Shown piece after piece: positions 1 through 13,030 of a DNA stretch of 46,581 nt. Both the position numbers and the translations under genes were made by a program. Source of the DNA: Nemertoderma westbladi (Eukaryota; Animalia; Xenacoelomorpha); assembly GCA_032718475.1 (NCBI GenBank), contig JAUCBJ010007949.1, positions 1-46,581 on the forward strand, given 5' to 3'. How positions within the stretch are numbered: position 1 is the first letter of the stretch; each line of letters starts with the position of its first letter. The notes below the pieces were generated by a model. It saw only the letters and a list, made by a program, of their open reading frames with translations, made no database searches and was not told the DNA's origin.

Positions 1-18
1 AGCAGTCTCTGATTGGAC

Positions 19-1118
19 GGAGGCGTTAGAACATCCTAATTTCAAGCAGTCGAGTCTCTGATTGGACGACTGAAATATTTGAATATTCTACCAATAAGAA
101 AGCGCTTGAATTAGGTGGTTCTAATGACAATAATAAAAGGCATTAGAGAGAGACTGCTAATAGGGTTGGTGACTCAAAAAAAACATTTCTATAAACACGT
201 TCATAAAATGTAAAAAGGTGTGCTGATCACGAATCTGAAAACTGTTTTTAATTTCATCGAGTTCCGGCTGAGATTGAGGGGTTCGTACACCAGCGCGGGA
301 AAATCTTAGTTTAAATGCTCTGATTTACTGTTCCACTTTGTCGCAAGGCAACGCTAACAACATTCACTAGCTAACAGCATACAGTTTACTATTGTTTGAT
401 GTGGGGAAATTTTAGTTATAAAGATTAAGATATTTATATTATTAGTTTGACACAACAATGTAATGTTCATTGTTTAAGATTATTTTTATTCGTTTGTAGC
501 GGCCTGTAGGGGTTGTCTTACCTGGTATTATCGGCCTACTGTATTCACGAATGTTATTAGGGATACATACAAGTTTTGGACCTTATTCTTTCTGTAAAAA
601 TGCTAATAAACCATCTCCACAGTTTTTTTTAACCTGAAATTTCACATCGGATTTGAACGCATTTATGATAATAATATCACAGTGTATTACGATTATGTTC
701 TAGAACACGATGGTGATGGATAGCTATACCTATGTTTGTTTATAGCAATAATATTTTCAGTTTTAATTTGAATTCAAATTTTTATTTTAATTAAAATTTA
801 AATTCAGATTTTAATTCAAATTATTGCAGGTATTATAATTGCATGTTACTGTACTTTGTTACTAATTCTTATTTGATGTTGTTATTAAAACCCACTACCA
901 AATTACTTGCATGCTTACACAACACGTTTTATGTCTGTCAATTATTTTATTTTTAAACCTCCCGCCAACATCATCAACAACTCCTAAACTTGAAATTATC
1001 ACTCTTTAATGGCATAATTATTGTCCTTAAAAGCACCTAATTCAAGCGCTAAATGATTGGTAGGCCATTTGGCTGACCAATCAGTGACTGCTTGAAAGTA
1101 GAATGTTTTAACGCCTCC
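19..1118. mobile_element. Degenerate inverted-repeat (MITE/DNA transposon) remnant
   Basis: 19-134 (ggaggcgttagaacat...gcgcttgaattaggtg...gacaataat) is an imperfect reverse complement of 1017-1118 (attattgtc...cacctaattcaagcgc...atgttttaacgcctcc). True ends and TSD are not resolved. Confidence 0.5.
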
Positions 1119-1486
1119 TCACACACACACCGCGTAGATTTTAGTTAGCCTAAGACAACGCAACATAATTAAATTACATAAGCAACTAACTAGACCATCC
1201 CAATAGCATTGTTTCTTACTATTGTTATTTATTAGTTATTGTATTAGTTTCTAGGTGTAAATATTCAGTATTATTCTATAAACTAAATGTTTGCTTTAAT
1301 TCAAGAAATTATTGAATAAATTAAATCTAAACCGATATATAGCCAGATCATTTACATTCGCCTACACATTTTTGGCAGATTATTACTCACCTATACAGAT
1401 GTTTAAGGGATCGTTTTACACCTAAACAGATTTTAGAGTTTCAATCCTGAAACAGATTTTACCATTGCCATAGTCATTTTAGTCAT

Positions 1487-1600
1487 AACCGGAAGTAAGG
1501 AAGAAAGAACCGGAAGTAAGGAAGAAAGAACCGGAAGTAAGGAAGAAGGAACCGGAAGTAAGGAAGAAGGAACCGGAAGTAAGGAAGAAGGAACCGGAAG
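1487..1600. repeat. 21-bp minisatellite (AACCGGAAGTAAGGAAGAAGG) x~5.4
   Basis: Directly visible tandem copies; they generate the spurious SGSFFLT-repeat ORF. Confidence 0.95.
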
Positions 1601-1735
1601 ACCTTAGGATACGTAAGGGGAAGGCATGGGCAGTATTGAATAGTCTGTCAAGGAATTGGAGTCCCATATAATAAAACGGAATCTAAACGTTCGATTATTT
1701 AGGGCAGCAGTAGAACCAGTACTCTTATATGGTAG
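1597..1735 (+). mobile_element. RTE-clade LINE fragment (post-RT region)
   Basis: Translates with a frameshift as DLRIRKGKAWAVLNSL...RLFRAAVEPVLLYG, homologous to the fragment at 11953-12240 (RKAKAWVAL...FFRATVESVLLYG). Confidence 0.75.
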
Positions 1736-3904
1736 TTAATCAATTCATTAAGAGAAAATAATCGCATTCGGTTATTTTAAGGCAAGTTTGATAAACAGAT
1801 GAGGAATATATAGACATCGTTTAAATACTGAAATATATTTATGAAATACGAATATTAGTATTAAAATAATTACCATGTTGGCAGATTAAGATTATTTGTA
1901 CACAACTTCTCTGCTAAACCATATTATGTCACGCAGCCCATCGGATTTGTCCACCTCAAATAACCGATCTCCAAAAAAAATTGTCCCGTTATATCGTAAA
2001 TGAATGCAGTTTTTAAACTAAAACAAATGTGTCAATTACACCAAATTAATACAGCGAAGCCCAATTTCATTTCAGTATGCGAAAAAATATTTGTTTATAA
2101 AGTGGAAATTATGTGGAATTTAATTATGAAGCATTTTATTTACCGAGCGTCAGCGAGGTTAGTATAGGGTCGAGAGAATATTGAAAAAAAATGTTCTACG
2201 TTTTTTCCCATGTAATACGTAATTTTATTCTTAAATTGGTACTTTTTTGTTGCTAAATTCTTTAATAAAACATAGCGATATACTACAGTACATTACTGTT
2301 ACAAAATTAATTGAACTGTAGTATTTTAATATATTGCTTCCATAGTTACTGCAATTCCAATTATTGTACTCTTCAACTCCTGATGCTGCCTTACTCAATG
2401 TTAAATAATTTAGTGTTCTCGAAAATTTATTACGTAAATAGAGCGCCGCTTAACTACATAAACCAATATTGGATATTGAGTTCCGTTTTGGTGTACGCCT
2501 TCAGACACTAAAGTTGCAATAACTTTTGAGTGTGTGAATGTATTTTGCTCAAATTGCTTACACACCTTTTCTACGTCGATGCTCTTTCACCTCATGTAAT
2601 ACAATTTAATAAATTCCACCAAAAATATTTTACTTTACTTTTTTCGCCGGGAAAAAAAGTAAAATCAATGCAATCCCTATTGATCACTTTTTCCCTAGGG
2701 AAAAAAGTTAAACTTTTTCTCCCGATTTTGGGGTATGTTCGAGCGAAAAAGTGACAATTTAAGAATAAATATATTTTTTTTGCATTAATTACCTTAATAT
2801 GAGGGGCTTTTCTTTTAGATATAATTAAAAATGTATGCTACTTATATTATCGTTACCGAGATAGATTTTTACAGTGTGACAGGCCAATGTAAATGTTATT
2901 CAGTTATCGCTGCATTGTGTGTGCAATTATTCTTTAACATCAAAAATATGATACCGTATGTAGGCCTACTCATTCTTCGCGTAATGTTCCTTTTGTTTGG
3001 ATTGTTATGGAAAAAGTTGCTTAAAATTTCTATGAATATACCGTATCCGCAACATTAATTGTTTGTCTTTTTTTACGCATAAACAAGGTACAGTACTAGA
3101 ATGGAAAAAATATTGTTCAGATTGATTGCGAATTACTTTTGGGTTTTGCGCTAGATTGACTAGACTAAGTTAGCTTCTGGGTGTTTTATTTAATAGCTTT
3201 TATTTTGGTGAAGTTGAAGTGTGAAAATATTTTCCACTACTGTATAACAATACGGTAACTGTAAATCAAATATCTTAAAAATCCAACCAAAAATAAACAA
3301 AATTATATTTCTTTGGAGTTTGAAGGCAAATTTATCTTATCTCGAAAATACTTTTTTTAAGTAATATTGTCAGTATGTTTAAATTACGAAATTCCCATAA
3401 GTCATGGTCCGTCTTGTCGACTTTCTGTAAGTTTGGTTGTTTATAACCGGGTCATTAGGCTCCTATACTAACCTAAACCGATGTTTAGCGGGGTCATGTA
3501 GACCCATCCAGAGAGCCCCCTCCTTTTCTGCGTAGAGCGAATTTCCTTCAAACAATTCCAGAACATCGGAGTTGCGTTTAGCCAGCTTAATCGCTTCTTT
3601 GGCTAAAATTTATACAAATAATAATAACTATTCTGTGTGAAACGTCCATAGAATGTCGTAGGTAATTTTGTAACCAAACGTTTTATCAGCTTTGGTGATA
3701 TCCTGGAAACGCAGTAGGCCCCTAATCAATGATCTAATATCATGAACTTGATTATTATACATTACTCGCTTAGTGTTGAATTGTTTATCGTACGATTGTA
3801 GTTAAGTCAACGCAATTAGTTGTATAGGCCTACAATTTATATAGATTTCGCCCAATAATTTGACAAAATGTAACAAAGTTACGTTCACCATTGCGTGTAA
3901 AGGG

Positions 3905-3926
3905 TACGTATAGGAGACAGAGGGAG

Positions 3927-3957
<31 letters not shown>

Positions 3958-4216
3958 CTGGACGCAAATCCCGTCTTGGCGAATTAATATCCCGCCTCAA
4001 TGTTAAATTCACCATTTAGGAAAGGAGCAGGTTGAGGTTACAGTCCCCCTGTCGGAGAGGGATTAATGTTTATTGCGTCCAGTCCCCCCCCCCCCCCCCC
4101 CCCCCCCTATCTGCCGTATAGAGAGTGTAGCGGGAGATGTTTACATAATGTCATAAACATTGAATATATTCAGCGTTGACCCTCGTACATTAATGTAAAC
4201 ATCTCTCGCTACACTC
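3905..4216. repeat. Poly-G/poly-C inverted repeat plus adjacent hairpin
   Basis: G-run (3930-3957) followed by ctggacgcaa mirrors ttgcgtccag followed by a C-run (4084-4107). A second inverted repeat spans 4123-4216 (gagtgtagcgggagatgtttaca / tgtaaacatctctcgctacactc). Confidence 0.8.
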
Positions 4217-5544
4217 GTTCTGAATATCTACATTCTGGTCTTAACGCTGAAAAGTACAACATGTCAGTTACCACACAATGATATAAATGTTAGTTTATGT
4301 TATATTGGTTTAATTTATTGGTGTTCTAAATGCTTGATATGGAACTCATACCGTTTAGGAGACTGGGGGAACACCTTACCTAATAACACTGGTGACATGA
4401 ACTTAACATGTAATGGGACAAGAATATTACCACACTGACATATACATATTTATCACACCTGCTAATTCTGGAGAGAGCTGAAAAAAGGTAACTTGGACCA
4501 CCCCATTCCATAAGAGTATGATGTATACACCGACAGAAACAACGCAGAGGACGGCGAACGCGATGGCAACAGCTTTGTATTTAAGGTCATACCGGATTCC
4601 TAGAACATTAAATAATACACGAGATGAGATGATTTAATACAAATAATGAACATCAGAACACTTGGCGATAATAAATGTAACGATTCCGGCTCCCAAACCT
4701 CAAAAACTACCAACAAATATATTGAAAACACGTTAGTGTCAAAATAAAACAGACGCCGTCCACATTGCCGTCAGAGACATCGGGAATATATTGAGACACC
4801 AAATTTGGTAAATCCGAAATCGAATTAATACCTCGTCTCGGCTAATTAGTATTTAATTATCAATTATGGGAAAGGAGAAGATTACAGTGACATTTTATTC
4901 TAACCAAAACATGAATGGGTCAATAGCAAAGGTTACTCGAAATTTTGGTAAAGAGGTGTTATTTGCATTGTTTTTCCACTGGAAGAGGATTCCCTTTTGA
5001 TTGCGTCTAGAAACCCTGCACCCCCCCCCCCCCCCCCCCCCTCCCCGGCCTATTCAACTGAACTCACTGTAGAAGAACTTTCGACTCGGTTTCATCGTGG
5101 TTGGGTGCCGAAAGACGCCGATAGGTTTAATTTGCGAGCCACTAGAATCCACAAGATCGCCTCGGTTGACCACAGCATATTTACCCAACTGCTCCGCCAG
5201 GCGGCGTCCTCTCTCATCGCAATAGCATCTGTAACTAACAACAGCGTTACCGACACGGTTACAAGACTGTCTGATCGATGGGGGTCTATTCGAGTTTAGT
5301 GAAATAAAAGTGCCGGTAAAGTTTATAAGTTTATTCATTTATTATCCAGTAAGGAATTAACTCCAGTAGTCGTAATCAATTTATTGGAAAATATACCACA
5401 CCAAATTTACTACCTATCGAATATACTGTATATAATTCAAAATTAAAAAATAATAATATTCCTTTATGAGTAAATACTTGTATATAATCATTTATATTAA
5501 CCCCAATAGTCCCATCAATATTGCGACATAAATTATATTATAAT

Positions 5545-6495
5545 TCAAGCCAAATAAACCACATTATTATCTATAGTTCCTCCACCCTCTTCCAGACCCA
5601 CCCCAGTCCGTTCGATCTCTTCCATATGGTAATAGCGAAAAATCCAATACGATATGAAAACTAGCAACACGATCGCAGTAGAATCGACATAATTCCAAGG
5701 GTCACCAAAAACACCCAGAGAAAAACAACTCGCGAGCGTGCAGGAACACAGTTTCAGAGTAGTTAGATCCTCGCTAGACTTCGAGTAAATTAAAGTTAGT
5801 ATAGTTAGAATCCCGCCAAAGACCCCGCTGACGATACAACCAAAATAAAACGTAGGTAGAAACCAATGCGGGAATGACTGCGCTTCTAATATATCGCTAG
5901 AAACCAAAGTTATTGCAAATAGTGCGGCCGCGCTGTACGAGTAGTTCAACATGTGTTTGTGACCCGGTTGCAATCCCCCCGGAGAGAAACGGCTAGAGTA
6001 GCAGCCGTACGCGATAACTGACGTCATATATACTACCAACCAAATGAGTTCGCGTTGAGTGGCCAAATGTTTCCAGTGCAGAAGGAAAAAGAATAAAATA
6101 AGTACAATCATAAGGAAAATAAAAAGAGTTCTAGGGAACGTTTTGCTATTCGCGAAATAGTCGGTGACATGGCAAAGAGAAAAGGCGACAGCAAAGTTAG
6201 GTATTGAGGAAACAGTTAGAAGAATGCTGCCGCTCACTATAGAAACTGAGTATAAAGTTACCCCCGGTAACCATAGCAGCGGGATGGTGAGTCGATGTTC
6301 CAAGGCGATATACTTTGTACTAGAGGCGGTGAATAAAACGAGACAACCCAGTAACGACTGCCAACCCTGGAAAATCGATGGAAATGTAAATCTCAGATGA
6401 CTTAAAATGTATTTATTAACGAATAATGTTAGAGTGAATATTGTAACGAATGGCATTGTAATATAAAGTGGCCCCAGTCTGCCACTGCCTGGCAT
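5545..6495 (-). CDS. TMEM241: TMEM241/SLC35D4-like multi-pass nucleotide-sugar transporter, single coding exon, ~316 aa
   Basis: Motifs NKYILSHLRFTFPSIFQGWQSLLG, LLWLP, LNYSYS and FYFGCIVSGVFG match the remembered TMEM241 sequence (NKYVLSVLKFTYPTLFQGWQT...LNYIFS...ASGFLG). Many hydrophobic segments. First ATG is at 6495 (MPGSG); the ORF-track start at 6594 is a non-ATG codon. Confidence 0.85.
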   Translation of the reverse strand: MPGSGRLGPLYITMPFVTIFTLTLFVNKYILSHLRFTFPSIFQGWQSLLGCLVLFTASSTKYIALEHRLTIPLLWLPGVTLYSVSIVSGSILLTVSSIPNFAVAFSLCHVTDYFANSKTFPRTLFIFLMIVLILFFFLLHWKHLATQRELIWLVVYMTSVIAYGCYSSRFSPGGLQPGHKHMLNYSYSAAALFAITLVSSDILEAQSFPHWFLPTFYFGCIVSGVFGGILTILTLIYSKSSEDLTTLKLCSCTLASCFSLGVFGDPWNYVDSTAIVLLVFISYWIFRYYHMEEIERTGVGLEEGGGTIDNNVVYLA

Positions 6496-6689
6496 TTTCA
6501 GATTTTCAGTGAATAAACTAAACTGCGATATGGAATGAGCTAATAAGCAAACATACGTACAAATAAGGATTGTACTGTATTCTGGTGATACCAAGTGCAG
6601 AAGTACAACGTATGAGACTGTAGCACTGTAATAAAAAATCTTCTAGGGTCGATGGATCCCGGAGTCATTAGTTCTCGGAGAATTTAGAT

Positions 6690-6915
6690 CTCGCGAACGG
6701 CGAGCGCGAGCGCGAGCGCGAGGTAGACGTAGGACTTTACTGTAGATCCCCGTGCAGCCGTGGTTCTTTAATTCACGAGTGTCTTTATAGGCCTAGATAC
6801 CGTACCGAAGTCTTAAGTTCGCGAAATCCGCGTTGAAATTTAGGTCGAATTTGCTCAACATGTGTGGCGCGGATGAGCCCATTAATGTTCCTGTGGCGCG
6901 CTGCGATAGGGGCGT
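6690..6915. promoter_or_regulatory. CpG-rich putative promoter of the TMEM241-like gene
   Basis: CpG-dense patch with (GCGAGC)n about 200 bp upstream of the ATG in an otherwise AT-rich region. Inference only. Confidence 0.35.
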
Positions 6916-6967
6916 GTTACCTCAACTCAGTTCTGCAGTTACCCTAGGCTACTGTGCAGGTAGCAAG

Positions 6968-8407
6968 GGTCCGACGAATTTGTACAAAAAAGTACAAAAA
7001 AATACAAAATAGTACAATATAGTACAAAAGAATACAAAAGAGTACAATAAAGTGCAAAAATAGTACAAAGAGTGCACAAATAGTATAAAAGAGTACAAAC
7101 GAGTGAGAAACGCTTGCAAAACGTGTATGTTCAAATCGTTTAGAGGGGCGCACATGATGTGCAAAATAAAACAAAGCATTGTCTGATTGTGGGGCGAGCC
7201 ATGCATTGAGCGGTGGGCTGATCTATCTGTCTCGCAGTCAGAGAGTAGACCCCTATTACAATATAATCTCATGAGTTTTAATGCAGCCTTTTGTGTTCAA
7301 AAAACACAAAAAACAAAATTGCAGAGGGAGAACTCAATAAAGTTCCTGATAGAGGCAGTACATACAGACATATCTGATACTGAAATCTGATACTTTCTTT
7401 TTTAACGGCATTAAAAATTGGAACGCTCTGCCTAATGAAATTAAAAACCTAAATAATCAACATTCTTTTAAATCTGCAGTTAAATCTCACCTCCGTGTGC
7501 GATGTAAAAATAGGTACAATAGTCCTACAGTAAGTTATTAGTTTATTAATTATTTACTATTTATACTGTAATTACGTTTTATAATAAATTGTTCTGTACA
7601 TTACATCTTTATCGTTGAGTCGGGCATTGTCACGCTCGTGGTAAAGTTGTACATGTACGTACATAGTGTAATTACGTTTTATATTGGTTTTAGGTTAGCG
7701 TACCGGTAGTGTAATATTGTATTTGTAACCAAGTAACATAAAGGACCCCCTTGGAAATAAGCTGCAAAGCTTTAGGGGTAATCCTACGTTATGTTGGACA
7801 ATACCTTTATACCGGTACATTGTTTGGTGTATTTGTTATTGTTTTTACATAATGTATAAATAAATCTATATATTTATCTATCTAGACATACATAGCCTGT
7901 AGGCTATAATACATAATGTACAGTAGCATACAGTCTATCCTTCTGTCCTTCAGTATATGGGCTACTTTAAGAATATGACCTAAATTTTGACTCAGTTATA
8001 GGAGTTTTATATACCCACTGCATAGTCTGATAGTAATGCATTATATTGTATTATACAAACTGTAGCCTATTTCTACTTGTAAGCTAGTCGAAATCTAAAT
8101 GAATCAAAGTTCTGTCAATCATTTCATACTGACCACAGAATCAAGGCCGCTAGTGATTGAAACTGTAGCGCCGCATATTTCGGTCCCGTTGCATTTGATT
8201 ACAATTAATTATATTTATATACAAGTGTAGTGTAGTGTAGACTACACTGGTATCTGGGTATACTGGTATACACGGTTTGTATGCGTTTCTCACTCTTTTG
8301 TACTATTTTCAGATTTTTGCTCTCTTTTGTACTATTTTTGCACTTTATTGTACTCTTTTGTACTATATTGTACTATTTTGTACTTTTTTGTACAGATTCG
8401 TCGGACC
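6968..8407. mobile_element. Non-autonomous Foldback/Mutator-like element with repetitive TIRs
   Basis: GGTCCGACGAAT followed by (GTACAAAA-type)n at 6968-7128 is inverted at 8268-8407 (...attcgtcggacc). The terminus resembles the GGTCCTACGAAT end of the 15414-43296 element. Flanks are only partly similar (agcaa), so the TSD is degenerate. Confidence 0.75.
7250..7885 (+). mobile_element. 5'-truncated CR1/L2-group LINE 3' end
   Basis: FFFNGIKNWNALPNEIKN...FKSAVKSHL is a typical ORF2 C-terminal WNxLP motif. It is followed by a 3' UTR with ggacccc...ggggtaatcc, AATAAA and a tcta-like tail. Confidence 0.7.
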
Positions 8408-9301
8408 GGAAAGCAAAGACAAGACAACAATTTGATTATACAGTTATATTGCAGTATTGGTTTGTCTGGCTAGCTGAATACAGAATAGCTGATGTAGCTA
8501 GGCCATGGATGTAGTAGCCCAGTCCCCAGTACTGCAGTGACTGAGTAAAGCAAGAACTACTGAATGTGCTGCGCAGGGAAATGGGGAAAGGCTACCGGTA
8601 CTTCATATCTTCACGTACGTCTGTCATTTCTTATGAGCAGGCTACATTATTTTTGACTATTATGTTAAAATCGTCAAAAGTTGCAAAATTAAAATTGGAA
8701 AAATCTCAAAAATAACCACCGATTCTTTTTTGTTGAATTTTAATGTTTTGTAGCACATTTCTTTATATATAATAACCTAAAAGTCAATATCAATAAAAAA
8801 CTCCAATTTAAATCAATAAAAAATCAATAAAAAATTTGACATCAAATAAATATCAATAAAAAACTTGAATTTAAACCATAGCTGTCAAAGAGTTCAAAAT
8901 TTATCGTACGGCAGATAGAATGGGATACACAGTACTGCAGTACACATGAAAGACAACTATATTACTGTAGGTCTACAGTACTACTACATACGTTAGTGGT
9001 TTAGTGCATTTCTGCAGGCCAGTTCGTTGGTTCGAAAGAACCGCCCTTTTGATAAAAGTGCCCTTTTATACGAACACACAAACATGTTTGGGAAATGTGC
9101 CCTTTTTATAATGACCTTTTTGAGTAATATTCTCCTATTATATTCACCTATTCGTAAAAGTGACTTTCCGGCAAAGCAAATGTTAAAATTACATTAGCAG
9201 CTAGAACAGTTAGGAATTTCATTATCCCAGTGCCAATGTGCTTTAAAAGGTATACCACACATTTCGTATCGGACTTCAGATCATCCAATCCCTGACAATC
9301 A

Positions 9302-9414
9302 CTGTCGGTTGTCTACTGTCGGCTGTCGATTGTCTGCTCTTCGTTGTCTGCTGTCGGTTGTCTGCTATCGGTTGTCGATTGTCTGCTGTTGTTTGTCTGC
9401 TGTCGGTTGTCGGC
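9302..9414. repeat. Degenerate (GTTGTCTGCTGTCG)n minisatellite
   Basis: Directly visible 7/14-bp periodic repeat. Confidence 0.8.
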
Positions 9415-9545
9415 GAAACGTTTACACCCGTCGAATGATGAGCCTATAGTGTATAGACACGTTTAGCTATAATAATCCTAGGTACAGTAGAACAGTCTCA
9501 CATCTTTAATTTATAATAACACCGTTCTAAGTTGCACCTGTATCC

Positions 9546-9620
9546 TACCCGGCAATTGGATACGCTGACGACATCCTCCTACTGGCGAATCTCAAATCAG
9601 ACCTTAACAACATACTGCAG
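9546..9620 (+). mobile_element. LINE reverse-transcriptase fragment
   Basis: attggatacgctgacgacatcctcctactggcg translates as IGYADDILLLA (YADD catalytic motif). Confidence 0.6.
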
Positions 9621-10759
9621 GCCTCCCAGAGTTTCCTTATATTTCCTTTTTTAGAACGTTTCCTTTTTTTCCTCTTTTTTAGAACGTTTCCTTTTTTCCT
9701 CTTTTTTTCTCCATTTTCTCACATTTTTTTCCACTTTTTTTGGTTCAGAAGATCAATATCAGCTTGCTGTTGATATTGACAGGGTTATAACAGAGATTAA
9801 CGGGCATATGCCGATTTTTATTTTGAATATGTTTATTTTGACAAATATCACAAGCTAAAGCTACAGTACCATAAAAATGTAGCAGTGGGGGTGACTTTAC
9901 TATATTTATTTTCTGAGGCGGGGACATATTATAATTGACATAAAACCCGCCTTGGTGAATTAACATTGTTGAATTTCAATTTAGGGAAAGGAACAGGCTG
10001 TAGTGGGAGTCTATTCTAACCAAAACAATAAAAGAAAGCCTATTATACGGTTTTAGTTTCATTTTTGCTCGTAATCAGCTGGTATTTGCATTCGTTTTCC
10101 CCTGAAGATATTTGAATTTTGATTGCGTCTAAAAAGCATTTTTGTTATTTATATAAATGTAGCCACGACCGGAAATCCGTACCAAAGTTTTTATATCACT
10201 TTCAAACTAAATGTATATTTCCATTCGTTTGATAAACCTCTATCAATAACCCTCAATCGGTCGAGCTCAACAATCTCTGATAACTGGGTAAAAAAGGTGA
10301 AAATTTCGCAAAGTTTTTAAACTGTTCTTATTTCATTGATATGTTGACTTATAATAATTATATTGCCATTGCCGTGGTCGTGGTCGTTCTCTTTCTGTGT
10401 TTCTACTTTTTCATTTACTTTGATCTCTTCCTGTCATTTAAAACAGTGACGTTTCTTAGTATATAATGAAATTTATAATCTATCTATAAATTTAATGAAA
10501 TATAATGTTTACCATCCTTTTTTTAAGGATAATATCAATTCAGATTTTCCCTTTTTTTGAAACGTAAAAATTTTGAAAATATAAATTCCTTTTTATCATC
10601 GATTTTTTTTATGGGAGGGCTGATACTGCAAATATGCACAAAATATTTAAAAGACAATAACTTGGAACTTAACACAATGAAATCACACTACTTAGTCTGC
10701 TCTACAGCACTACTAACACAACTAAACAAACAGATTACAATTTGTACTGTAGTACTACG

Positions 10760-11540
10760 ATAGTCGAGGAAGATAGCTGCAGCTACCGAACCACTCCAAC
10801 TAAAGTAATACAGCACCTTACCAAGAAGTGCTGGTAGAACATATCAAAAATTAAAAGAAGAGGCCTTTCTACACAAGACGTACCACTAGACATAAACGAC
10901 GTTCTTATGGAAATCAATCTGCCAACCGTCTATCCTATACGGTTCATGCACTCTAGGCGAAGACACAATAACTACTATAGGAGTAACGATAAGAGAGGCG
11001 ATGAGATCACTGATTGGAGTTAGTGACTACGTATCAAACAAGATACTACACAACCTATACAACGTCGACGATTTAGAGAGAATGACCACCTACATACAAC
11101 GAATGTCGGGTACTTTACAACGCCTTTAATTCCAACAACAACAAAGTCACACATTTATTTACTACCCTTTTGCACCAACACATTTGTACTGCGACCCACT
11201 ATTGGAGAACTACACAACTTGGCGCGTTCAGATACTCAATAAAGAACTACATCAAAGGTGCTCGAACCAGGAACCCGGTAGAACTTAACTACAAACAAAC
11301 AAAATTTCCAGCCACTCTACCTCTAAACGCTCCTAAACAACCACAACCACGACTCTCATACAAAACATATATGTGTTCTAGAACTATACAACATAGAATC
11401 GAAGTTGACATTTAACATTGACTGGTTACATAATTGTAATACAACTTGAAGGATTTGAACAACACTCGTCACTTAACACGATTTTATTGGTGTATTAGAT
11501 AGTTTTTATTTATAATTCGTGTATTGACAACTTTTGCTGA
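10760..11540 (+). mobile_element. Probable decayed LINE ORF2 3' portion
   Basis: A-rich, coding-like, interrupted frames (e.g. IREAMRSLIGVSDYVSNKILHNLY) resemble LINE post-RT regions. Weak evidence. Confidence 0.35.
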
Positions 11541-11611
11541 TTAATAATTTTAACCAATTTTAATAATTATAGCCTGCCGGGGCCGTGCACTGCAATGAAA
11601 TGAATACACCA

Positions 11612-13030
11612 CTACTACTAGGTCGAGCGAACTCGGGACAGTGGAAATAATATCCTTCCTGGCTTCCCGATTCTCCATAGTTGAGGCAATTTCGTTTCTA
11701 TCAATCTCAAGTCCAGTATCCCTTTCAAATTGGTCTATATACTGTATGTTATATCCGGTCGTCCACTGAGTACGCTTTCCTTGTGTTGGTTGCCAGAAAA
11801 GTAGATCTGGTATGGCCTCGTCTTTCCTTCTCCAGCAGTGCCAACGGAATCTTAATCTGCGTTCACGGAGAGGGCGGTTGGTACAGGTGGCATTGTACCA
11901 TAGAGCTCGGCGTTTGTCATGTGTTGTCTCCAGCTGATGGTTAGGGCTACCCTTAGTACAGTAGTATTGTGTAGCAATAACCATCAATTCGGTGTTCAAG
12001 TGATTTCGTCAGTGTCCAGGTCTCACCCCCGTATAAAAGTACACTTTCCACTGTGGCTCGAAAGAATTTAGTCTTCAGGTGCCTGGAGAGGTCTGATTTC
12101 CAGATGGTATCCAATTTTGATAGAGCTACCCAAGCCTTTGCTTTCCTAACTTCTATGTCCCTTTTGCTAATCTCTATCCATGATCCAAGGTACTGGAAGT
12201 CGTCGACCTTCCTTAGTTGAATATTATCAATGGTTGTCAAGTTAATGGTACTTTTATTTAATTGTCAAGCAGTGAAGTAAAAACCTCACCGGTAGGTATG
12301 CAGTACAAATGAAACAGTAAAAAAGCAACTGACCTGTAGACGTTGCATGCAATCAGTTATCAGCTGACAATGTCAGCTGATCAGTAGGTTTCGCCCCAAT
12401 GGGGGCTTTCTCAAGTAGCTAGTGCTAGAAAGGAGAAAATAGATAGAAGTTCCCAAGGGAGAAAGAAAGGTAAAGTGAAACAAGGTAGAAGTGTATCCGT
12501 CTAACCACTGGGAAGCAGCACCTCAAACTTGCGCCAATCACGTTTCTGTTTGTTAATGGCGGGCTGACGCGCGTACGTATATAAAACATTTCAAGTTTTT
12601 GCAGGACAGGCCGTAGTGGGTGCCGTGCAATTACTTTGAAATGCTTGAAGAACTCACGCCAGTCCGTCGATCAGCTGACATTGTCAGCTGATCACTGATT
12701 GCATGCAACGTCTACAGGTCAGTTGCTTTTTTACTGTTTCATTTGTACTGCATACCTACCGGTAAGGTTTTTACTTCACTGCTTGACAATTAAATAAAAG
12801 TACCATTATATTGCATTAACTCAAGCTTTTTAATTCTAAGGTTGTCAAGTTTCCATTAACATTAAAATTCATGAATTCTATCTTGGTAACATTTATATGC
12901 AATCCAACCTCCTTACTGTAGCAGCCCTCTCCACTTTATTCAGTAGAAGCTGTGCATCTGCTAGGGTATTAGAGAGCAAGGCGATGTCATCCGCAAAGTC
13001 GGTGTCTGTGACTGTAGTTGCCGGATGTCT
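11612..13030 (-). mobile_element. Decayed RTE-clade LINE (RT C-terminal half), interrupted by an insertion
   Basis: DFADDIALLS at ~12975-13000; VDDFQYLGSWI...RKAKAW...VESVLLYGGETWTL at 11953-12240; RERRLRF...HCWR...LLFWQP at 11790-11870; (TAG/TGG)n-like tail near 11612. Confidence 0.85.
12244..12839. mobile_element. MITE-like insertion with ~140-bp TIRs
   Basis: 12244-12382 is a near-perfect reverse complement of 12669-12807. The insertion is flanked by the direct repeat GGTTGTCAAGTT (12232-12243 and 12840-12851). Confidence 0.85.

Noticed and set aside
3830-5299. Polyproline ORFs
   Set aside because: Produced by G/C homopolymer runs.
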